DNA from: Obrimoposthia wandeli
Taxonomy: Eukaryota
DNA length: 64,000 nt
NCBI GenBank assembly: GCA_977020255.1
Contig: CDROCS010002076.1
Coordinates: 1 to 64,000, forward strand
Direction of reading: 5' to 3'
Translations under genes and position numbers: made by a program
Notes under the pieces: generated by a model
Seen by the model: the letters and a program-made list of their open reading frames with translations, nothing else
Database searches by the model: none
What the model was told of the DNA's origin: nothing
Shown: piece by piece, positions 58,101 through 64,000 of the stretch
Layout of the letters: each line of letters begins with the position of its first letter
Position numbering within the stretch: position 1 is the first letter of the stretch

Positions 58101-61076
58101 CGCACTTTTTGATTCGTTGTATAATTTAATCAAATTCGGTTTCTTTTCCGTGGTTACTTATAGAATTATTTTATTCTTTGTAGGTTGGTATGAAGCACAG
58201 AGTGTATTTTGACTGGAACAATTTTGTATCATAACGACTTAACAGATTTTCATTTGGGAAATCCAACGTCTTAAAGTTACTGGAACTGTGCCCAAGATTG
58301 CAGTTTTATTTCTTTTATAAATGTTACGAATGAAGCGGTTGTAAAATAAATATAAGAGGTAATGTCACATCCTTATTCAAATCTGTTCCCGGTAAAAGTG
58401 AATGGTAATATTTTTATTTTGTTCTAATAATATTTCAATTAAATTAATTCTAAGAAATCGATAATCAATTTATTTTCGTTTTAAAAATGCGACCTCTGTT
58501 CCGAAATAGTTATTCCACACCCAGAAATTTCATCTGAAATATATTAATCCGCAGTCAAATTATTTGCTGTTTATATTGACAGATTAGCATTATTTTGTTC
58601 TCCTTTGTCGTTGAATATATGAATAAACCTTTCTTCTCTGTTTTAGGTTTTTGTTTGTTATTTGATGGAACAACTATTTGAAACAGAGGGAGTATAAAAG
58701 TATTTTTTATTTCAAGCTTCTCTTTATATTTCAAAGAATTAAATTAGTTTCCAATTGAATGTAAATTAATTAATCAAAATGTAATACATTATTACTGCAA
58801 ACTTTAAAAAATCCACATTAATTCTCAAATTGTCGACATGCATATATTGTTATAAGTCAGATGATTCTTCTACAAATATTCGTTTACTTAACCAGAATTG
58901 GCTCATTTCCTCGATGGAAACCGCTGAAAAAGATAATTAAATGTTGAAACATTCTAAAAAATAAAAAATGATGGATATAGTTTTTCGTGTGTTAAAAATC
59001 AGCCATTAAGTAAGTTTGGGAGGAAAAGATGGGGTCCAATGATGTAACACTTTTGTATCAAACTATTTGAGATAACTCATAATGCAAGGTTTGAACTCTG
59101 AATTGAATAAATTGCTGTATACAGATAGAGAATGGCATTATGTACTGATCTTTTTACTCCCCTAAGGCTCTTCCATGCCGGCTCACATAAAGTTTTTAGG
59201 CAAACGAAACGCTAGAATTGTTTGATGTTTAATTTATTTCTTTATTAAAGAGTGAAAGTTTTTATTTATTTTAGTAATATTCATTCTAAAATTTTTTTAA
59301 ATATAAATTTACCTATTTTCAAATTTCTTACATTGTTCTACCAGAGGTTTTATAATGTTTTACAATTTACGAATAAATTCATCTTTAAAATGAAAGTAAA
59401 ATTGCATTTATTGAACCACTATTGAAGAATTGAAGAATGATAAATAAAGAAGAAATATAGCTGAAGATGGCGTGTAACAGTTAGATTTATGTGCTTTAAA
59501 TACACATTTATCTTATATATACTAGTGCTATTTACGAGTAGTACGAATAATGATATAATTGTATTACAGGTTTTTCTTGAGACCTCAGTTTGAGAAACAA
59601 AACAGTTTGGTGATATTCGGCCACGACAGTTCGATCAGCAAAGACTACGCATTTGCAGTAACCACTGGCGACGATAGATCTCTGCGATTCTTGTGCGTAC
59701 CTTGTTTTTTAAAAAACATTTTTGTGCTAAAATATTGCACCTTATGCAAATCAGTATAAATATTTTGTAATTAATATAAGTAAACTACAATATCGGCCTG
59801 GGTTTCTTTTTCTTGATGAAAATTATGTTTACGTATTTTATTTAATGGAACGCTAATGTCAGATTGCCAAACGAGGTATAAGAGCTAAGGAAGAAGCTAT
59901 ATTACAATCTGGAAACTGTCTTCTTGAATATTAAAACAAAACATACAATATAACTCTCCCTTTTCACATTGAAATTCTGTCCTCAACATGTGTGGATTTT
60001 CTTAAATTATCTCCTCCAGAGTCTGTTGAAGAGCTGCCGTTCCATCAAATAATTTGTTTATCTATCATTGTCCACATTCCCTAAGTATCGTCATATTTTT
60101 GATATTGGGGTGATTTTGATGGCCAATTAACTCGGGCATTAAGCCACAAACGAATATTCCAACCCCAACGTTGGAGTGCACCATCTTGCATAAACCAAAG
60201 CCTACCTTCTTAAAACACTGATAAGTTCTGCAATTTTGGGGAGTTACCATTTTGTAACACATCGTTCTATTTATCTTTAGTTACTGTTTCGTTGAAAAAA
60301 TACCGTCCAATAATGCCATCAAACGAAATTCCTGCTCGAATTTGTTGGTCTCCTTTCACCCCAGCCAACACAATTATGCTTGTTAACCTCTCAATGTCAA
60401 TAAAAATGGGCCTCGTCACCAAATGAATCTCGCTGATGAAACTTTCATTTTTACTAAGCAATTCTAACATTTCTTCAACAAGCTGCATGAAGCTTTTAGA
60501 CACATAAGGGGTGATATGAGATTTCTGTTTAGTGTTAAAAATAACTATGGTGAAACGTGAGCACTATTAATAGTCTTCTAGAAGTAGTCTTACTATTAAA
60601 AAGAGTAATTACCTTTTTTCTAGTTTTCCAAACTTGTACTTGAACAGCGACGACCACCTCATTTCTTTTGACCAGCCACCTTATCATCATTTATAGAATT
60701 CACATAAATTTGTAGAAAATTACAATAATCATACATTTTCGTACACATATCCCTTTTTTCTCGAACAATACTTGAGCTCATGTAGCATTCATACCAAGCC
60801 ACTATTAAAATATAACTTAAGATGACTATAATGTACTCATAATAGAATCAAAAATACGATAATATTCCAAAAATCGATTTTATAATAATTCACAGTTTCT
60901 AGATATGTTTGAATGATCCTTTTTCTCGAATATTTTGAAGTCGTCGTATGAAGTTGTAGTTGTCGAAAGTTAAACTTCCGCTTCTACAGATGGGGAACGG
61001 GAGACGAAGTATCCGAAATGAAGATGGAAAACATTCCCATCACGACAACTGAATACTCAATGATCAAGATCAAATC
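9745..61076 (+). CDS. LAMA: Laminin alpha chain (partial; 18 exons; gene starts before and continues after the window)
   Basis: GT-AG exons join without a stop and with matching phases: 9745-9894, 10005-10198, 12654-12833, 30819-30930, 31312-31598, 38588-38865, 42422-42627, 43347-43437, 45818-45971, 46068-46257, 52529-52660, 52713-52852, 54211-54446, 54545-54643, 54783-54926, 56840-57083, 59570-59692, 60990-61076 (3047 nt). Domain order is L4 (NFYGSK...RDVLMTALLNVTRVRVR), VEQCKC, three LE repeats (CQCNGHSTTCNPENGYCLNC...CPLTTNNHASSC), CYEGCTKVLLENI coiled-coil start, AYSNITRDI, then LG1-like strands. This order fits an alpha chain. The alpha subfamily is not resolved, and hidden same-phase exons cannot be excluded. 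Confidence 0.9.
11200..12345 (-). mobile_element. CMC/Chapaev3-like DNA transposase remnant
   Basis: Minus-strand fragments in order: YICGKL...TPHVSCHNCLTNLLSW; LGLQTGY...HYTKKDW; FLKKNK...KLVESLL. Family name recalled from memory. Confidence 0.55.
12654..12833 (+). CDS. Laminin alpha exon (L4 C-terminal part)
   Basis: cacag|A TAC...GTC AG|gtacgt; phase 2 to phase 2; VVWRDVLMTALLNVTRVRVRLYP. Confidence 0.85.
13075..13320 (+). mobile_element. Non-LTR retrotransposon reverse transcriptase fragment
   Basis: LANFFNKIITSRITPTSWRQCRTIINPKPNKDG...PIAILSTCY and a GCAEH-like motif. Confidence 0.65.
15055..16823 (+). pseudogene. pPolB copy 2, 5'-truncated and with an internal deletion of about 1.17 kb
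   Basis: Near-identical reverse complement of 10-2930; junction near 16111 skips copy-1 ~709-1877 (ExoII/III to motif B); motif C mutated to SGVTDS. Confidence 0.92.
17086..17466 (-). CDS. Adenain-like cysteine protease (PRO), two exons
   Basis: Exon 1 ATGAA (17462-17466), 42-bp GT-AG intron 17420-17461, giving MNSVQVQESAEMVLGDKFNGVYPID...YIINT...PGEHWIA...FDPL...QYQD...NCKHLCILWL (catalytic H, D, Q, C pattern). Confidence 0.88.
17468..18700 (-). pseudogene. Double jelly-roll major capsid protein, disrupted
   Basis: CAKTELCIFDKP...YLDLNDTLLYV...NSLF...LKRN...YVRRV...YPI...GNLRLEIKF...VLIYGVFDSEIQI; frameshifts and stops. Confidence 0.85.
18697..19074 (-). CDS. Basic core-like virion protein with Gly-Gly processing motifs
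   Basis: QQGGELPYFVGKQYGSGWLRTLGRFAFPLLKRLG, with a Lys-rich tail after SQGGSG; typical Polinton ORF next to the MCP. Confidence 0.65.
   Translation of the reverse strand: MANPAIIEAYSQSQQGGELPYFVGKQYGSGWLRTLGRFAFPLLKRLGRFISKLGKDYLSSKDNKLIPTFKKHALDELDNVLPEVANLIIKRKSNKSQGGSGFKSKKKLKININKRKNVEGTIFAK
19052..20094 (-). pseudogene. Minor capsid (penton-like) protein, frameshifted
   Basis: MKSMYMVLPSNG...PDNYASSY...PINLQSEWEAALTEFSF at the start; YLPVSLFSINNIEVNIRDDSGQLIDF...LIIHLRK at the end; ATG overlaps the integrase stop. Confidence 0.8.
20091..21124 (-). pseudogene. Retroviral-type (rve) integrase with C-terminal chromo-like domain, disrupted
   Basis: WQMDL...YILTCIDVFSRFA...QTDLGK..KAAVVERFNRTL (D,D,E triad); alternate-frame YYVKWHGYSDPTW; ATG at 21124. 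Confidence 0.92.
21210..21539 (-). CDS. Small basic virion protein ending in a hydrophobic/amphipathic peptide
   Basis: Intact 109-aa ORF ending KQNGG-FIGAVIPVVASIISSIIAAPRS. Confidence 0.65.
   Translation of the reverse strand: MKKIQISIPYFKALVKASSHKRMIILKAFLSFVVDDLLEVLYNIFLGRVKVRNRKNILKKYRITLLDIANVKSKKRKRNIILKQNGGFIGAVIPVVASIISSIIAAPRS
21719..22365 (-). pseudogene. FtsK/A32-like DNA packaging ATPase, frameshifted
   Basis: Walker A GPSGSGKT; RHREVTVIFITQNLF...RTRNLNVHYLVLFKNPRD...YIFID. Confidence 0.9.
22465..22701 (-). CDS. Hypothetical small Polinton ORF
   Basis: 78-aa ORF tightly packed between the TBP-like gene and the ATPase; no recognised motif. Confidence 0.4.
   Translation of the reverse strand: MFQMNNTINRDNEVDNLADEIFSEKIRGKEILSELKNNDITRDNIKILVRSHVIREFRNRTQINKIIAKYSLTGFKLT
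22721..23228 (-). pseudogene. TATA-binding-protein-like gene (2 exons, ~155 codons, two in-frame TAA)
   Basis: Exon 1 23099-23228, 40-bp GT-AG intron 23059-23098, exon 2 to 22721; FTVVIFPTGNYRVMGCK and FEPEIFPALSYLKFKPLCVNIFSSGKVMILGLK match the two TBP core repeats. Confidence 0.78.
24850..25330 (-). mobile_element. Tc1/mariner (maT/DD37D-like) transposase remnant
   Basis: KPAGVMVW...KILDEKVLPWITNTFGEHYVFTQDGA...FWDKNVWPPS..INPMDFSIWSILE. Confidence 0.7.
25770..27351 (+). mobile_element. Tc3-like Tc1 (DD34E) element, near full length
   Basis: Inverted ends tgctgggccaaaaatataagccagta (~25773) and tactggcttatattttgttcagcactg|TA (27351); left end eroded. Confidence 0.85.
26119..27072 (+). pseudogene. 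Tc3-like transposase, frameshifted
   Basis: LTEEEK...IAEKLKRSR HTH; FSDEK; GGGIMIWG; FQQDNASVH; WPACSPDLNPIENLW; stop at 27072. Confidence 0.9.
28265..29836. repeat. Tandem array, 4 copies of a ~393-bp AT-rich unit
   Basis: Anchor tac(c/t)ataaatgttttt at 28271, 28663, 29059 and 29454. Confidence 0.95.
30819..31598 (+). CDS. Laminin alpha exons 30819-30930 and 31312-31598 (L4 end and LE repeats)
   Basis: VEQCKCDNVTTGNHCE; CQCNGHSTTCNPENGYCLNCAEHTTGSACHLCAPGFYGDP; canonical splice sites. Confidence 0.92.
30945..31300. repeat. CT-rich low-complexity intron (CACT/CTC repeats)
   Basis: Degenerate tcactc/ctcc runs fill most of intron 30931-31311. Confidence 0.85.
32950..33110 (-). mobile_element. 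Possible LINE APE-endonuclease remnant
   Basis: Minus frame KFTNIILIRKDRSSNLEE*GGDLISF resembles the RKDR..GGG motif. Confidence 0.35.
33488..33648. mobile_element. MITE-like element with ~40-bp imperfect TIRs
   Basis: gatatgcgtcttctaagacaaagcctta versus tagggttttgtcctagaagacgcatatc; TSD not resolved. Confidence 0.55.
38588..38865 (+). CDS. Laminin alpha exon (LE repeats)
   Basis: gcacag|T CAC...; CICLPGYYGMYCDKCQDGYYGNP...CHKGTGKCECGPGIEGDKCDQC; donor gtaggt. Confidence 0.92.
39160..39480 (+). mobile_element. CMC/Chapaev3-like transposase remnant
   Basis: INQDQLTGSVRYLNLSK..SEILG.RL.QWNIL fragment. Confidence 0.5.
39780..39960 (+). mobile_element. pogo/Tigger DDE remnant
   Basis: FLLDNA...YFPPNTTSKLQLLNQDIIEAFK. 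Confidence 0.65.
40740..41500 (+). mobile_element. Ty3/Gypsy gag with two CCHC knuckles and the start of a protease; truncated
   Basis: CYNCNEKGHYSKEC and CFKCGKSGHMAYNC, then PVIDVVVNGK; frameshifts; no LTRs identified. Confidence 0.8.
42422..46257 (+). CDS. Laminin alpha coiled-coil exons 42422-42627, 43347-43437, 45818-45971, 46068-46257
   Basis: CYEGCTKVLLENIDQIRNES start of coiled coil; phases chain 1-0-1-2-0; heptad-like composition. Confidence 0.8.
44830..45230 (+). mobile_element. CMC/Chapaev3-like transposase remnant
   Basis: DQLVYFKNVEGLLLAIGV...AWRL and PQGGYTKYSCFLCNWNRRATVDHW. Confidence 0.65.
46726..46860. repeat. 26-bp tandem repeat, 5 copies (8 inverted copies at ~51555-51765)
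   Basis: Unit ctagtctccaccc(a/t)tctttttgtggt. Confidence 0.95.
47385..47975. repeat. ~179-bp tandem repeat, 3 copies plus a partial copy (1 plus a partial copy in the right arm)
   Basis: gtttagcaagtgaatg at ~47391, 47570, 47748 and 47926. Confidence 0.92.
48445..50059. repeat. Composite satellite of ~134-bp (A) and ~101-bp (B) units
   Basis: Units start aaaaacttcaagtag (A) or aaaaacttcaagtaa (B); order ABABAAABAAABA. Confidence 0.92.
52529..54926 (+). CDS. Laminin alpha coiled-coil exons 52529-52660, 52713-52852, 54211-54446, 54545-54643, 54783-54926
   Basis: Phase-consistent GT-AG exons; AEDAKRAYSNITRDIQDVEK matches the alpha-chain coiled-coil motif; includes a 52-bp intron. Confidence 0.8.
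55310..56060 (-). mobile_element. CMC/Chapaev3-like transposase C-terminal remnant
   Basis: PNMGDISEEHGGRFHQ...AAMMG fragment near 55310-55430; the upstream extent is weakly supported. Confidence 0.45.
56521..56715 (+). mobile_element. Solo Polinton-family terminus
   Basis: AGTAGGT-N8-GGAGTCTAGACCACT, identical in spacing and core to the foldback termini, followed by ~170 bp of GC-richer sequence; no partner end found. Confidence 0.7.
56840..61076 (+). CDS. Laminin alpha exons 56840-57083, 59570-59692, 60990-61076 (coiled-coil end and LG1 start)
   Basis: LQSSISSLRDRVRSVRDNI then DSCVRSY; FFLRPQ...SLVIFG...DYAFAV...LRFLWGTGD; phases 1-2-2-2. Confidence 0.78.
57990..58420 (-). mobile_element. 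piggyBac transposase remnant
   Basis: ILGTVP, DNMIRLYST...PMA...AALNSYVLY fragments in the expected order. Confidence 0.55.
60060..60500 (-). mobile_element. Tc1/mariner (DD37D/DD41D-like) transposase remnant
   Basis: AGISFDGIIGRYFFNETVT...LWFMQDGA...WPSKSP. Confidence 0.65.
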
Positions 61077-64000
61077 GTAAGTGGATCTTTGGTTACATTT
61101 ATTAATTTGCTCACAATTTCGTTTTTTTTCTATTTATCCTGTGATTGGAAAAATACAGTAAAGTTGTGAAGTGAGAACTGACAAAATATTGAGTTATGTG
61201 AACAAAGTCAGTTATTTCAATCGTTTTATTTCTGTGTAAATTAGTGTGAAATGATTATCAAAAGTGAAAAGCAATTTCTATAATGAAAAATAATATTAAT
61301 GAAATCAAAACAAAAGAAGACGAAATTATATTATCTGGATTGAATAGCAAAATAAAAAGAAGTTTTATACATGTTTGTAGAAATATTATAAAATTAAAAA
61401 CTAAAATAAAGATATTGGTTCCGTCTTCGATGAGAACATTTCAATTAATTGTCAAAATAATAAAGTAATAAGAACATGCAACAGTCATATTGAACATATT
61501 TTTCTAATAATAAAATACCTTACTACAGAAATAAGTACAAAGCTGACATGCGCGTTTATTTTATCAAGATTTGATATTCAAAATTCTTTACTGTTAAATA
61601 TTCTAGCTAATAATATAAAAGCTTTCAAAAATTTTAACAACGCTGTCAAAATTATATTCAAATTAAAGAAAGTGCTAGTATAAGTGATTATTTAATAAAT
61701 CTAAATTTACTGCTGATCAATGTCAAGATTGAATTCGAGATTGTAATTATTATCAACAAATGTTTTCTCTCACAAAAGTCCAAATATTTATATAATCTCC
61801 CCAAGCCTGATGCAGTGAGCAAGTATATTCATCTAAGGAGCAACGATGATGACTGCAGTTTAATCAAAAAGTACTCAAATAACGAAAAAAGTATTGGAAA
61901 ATTTGAAATTTATATTCTGAATCTTTACAAAAAACTACCGATGAATATCAGAAATTGTAACAAATGTTACAAATATTCAAGAAGCAGCTAAAGACTTTAC
62001 TATTCAGAAAATATTAGGTAAATGTTAGCGCTTTTGAGTACAGTGTATACTCGTAGATAAGACAATTAGAAATAAGACAATTAGGAAATTAGATATAAAA
62101 GATGAAATATACATGTTTAAACTGTATAAATACAAAATGAACAAATCAGTGATAGAACCCAATTAGTTAATGTATTAAACGAACTTTATTTAAATCAGTT
62201 ATCCGAATAGGCACCTCAGAGAACGGTCTTCATATAATTCGTTATGTGCAAACAACTTGGCTTCACCTCATATGTGCAGTCATTGTTGAAAACATCGCCG
62301 AGGTTCTCTTCATATTGTTCAGCACCCTTTTCTCATCAATGGACTGCCGTCATGGTGGTTTCATAACCATTAACTTTAATCCACCAGGAATGATCGTATC
62401 ATGAATTTCCGGCAGCAAGCTCAGCTTTACCCGAATAACTAAGGTCACTTACGAATCGCATCAGGTCGTCTGTTCCATATTGGATCTAACTAATCCAGTA
62501 CCAGATCTCCAGCTACCCGACCCTTAGATTGGGCGTGTCTTTTAGTGGTTTCTTATTTTGGCAAAAGTTTCGTTTCACAATTATGAACGGTTGTAATTTT
62601 GTACCATCGGCTAGTAAAACTAGTATATACGCAATGTGTAACTTTTCACTGCCTACAGTTTAATAGAAACTGTCTTATCGACCATTTTATGGACTGTGAC
62701 GGAGCTGGGAATGTTCAACCGAACTCGTGTTTAAACAGCTTTTCCAATTGAACTAAGGGGAAAGTGAAAATGGATGATGCCGCACTGAATTGTGATTTTT
62801 ATCTTTTCCTGATAATCCACAGGGAGTTTCTGACCCACGGGAATTCTATATCGATTGATACTTTGAAATCATTCAGTTAAATATTCGAATCAAATGCCGA
62901 CACAAGAACACATTTCTCTCGAATTGCATAGATTTTTTCCTATGAGCAGTCTTTAGACCTCAAGAAACTTTGGAGTCGAGTACCGATTTTCTTTTTCAGA
63001 CCGATGCTGCTCTGTTATTCCAGGCGATGATTTCTACCACCTTCGAAGACAATATTCCGAAATTCCTAAATACCAGCAGCTCTTTAATACTGAGTAACTG
63101 TTGGTTAAGTGTTACTGCTTCCAGTGTTTTTTGTTTGTATGTTCATTGCCGATACCTATAGAAGCAATATTTGAGACAATTTCATAAAATATACCAAGGT
63201 AGGAGTTCTGAAATATCTGCTCCATATTTAAACTGGTGAGACTGCAATTACTGAGTGTCGCTTTTAACTTAATCATTAAGAATTTATTGGCGCAATCTGA
63301 TTGGAGCAACAAAAGTAGGTATAAATCCTAAAAGTTCGATTATCAGAACTTCGATGTATTACAAAAATCTTTATATAATGTGCATCTATGTGTAATATTT
63401 AAAAAATGGATAGAATTGAAATGTTTGCTTTTGTAATATCTATAATGGTTGAATATTTTGATTATTTTTAAAGGTTTAAGTTTATCAACTCATGCTTAGA
63501 GGTTGAATATTTTATTTTCTCCCTGTGGAAAATGAAGTGTCGATAATGGCATCCAGCTAAACGGAAATTAGAACTTCTTAAATTCGCAGAAGAAAGGGCA
63601 ATAGAGCGCAGTGATAACATATGAAGTAAAGAGAGCAATTTTAGGTTATGGAGTAAAACAAGAAAGTTTTAGAGGTCACGCACCCGAAGAGGTAACGCGT
63701 CAGAGGTATAGTTGGTAATTCTTTTGATATACGTTACTCTTGGCATAGACTATTTCCAACCGTATTAAGGAAACAGCTAAATTAAAAATTATGTGAGCAT
63801 TAAATGCAGCCTTATCATAAAAACCCTTGTGGTCCATTGAAACGTTGAAGATTTAGTTGAATATATTCATAACATACTATCCAGAATAGCCACTCCCATT
63901 TGTTATGAATATATGTTGATTTTTCTTTTGACTGTTAGATTGTTTTGATGGTTTTACATTGATCTGCCGATAACAAACATTTTGTGATGAAAAGAATATA

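Noticed and set aside
62200-63320. LTR retrotransposon gag/pol remnant
   Set aside because: GC-richer and TE-like, but I could not read an unambiguous protease, RT or integrase motif
1-64000. tRNA, rRNA or other structured ncRNA genes
   Set aside because: None recognisable by eye; tRNAscan-SE/Infernal would be needed to exclude them

Overview
This is AT-rich metazoan genomic DNA, not prokaryotic. The + strand carries 18 phase-consistent exons (9745-61076, about 1015 codons) of a divergent laminin alpha chain: L4 domain, LE repeats, coiled coil and the start of LG1. Its introns are packed with mobile DNA. The dominant passengers are Polinton/Maverick (adintovirus-like) elements. (i) A decayed copy at <1-8730 has pPolB on the minus strand, several intron-containing accessory genes and an AGTAGGTGGA terminus at 8730. 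(ii) An inverted, doubly deleted copy at 14795-~23500 carries truncated pPolB, adenain protease, major and minor capsid proteins, integrase, core-like proteins, packaging ATPase and, unexpectedly, an intron-containing TATA-binding-protein-like gene. (iii) A 5.6-kb non-coding foldback derivative (46447-52050) has ~2-kb TIRs, a perfect 6-bp TSD, terminal hairpins and a satellite core. (iv) There is a solo terminus at 56521. Also present are a Tc3-like Tc1 element, remnants of mariner, maT, pogo, piggyBac, Chapaev3-like, LINE and Gypsy elements, and tandem repeats. All protein assignments come from motifs recognised by eye; no database searches were run.
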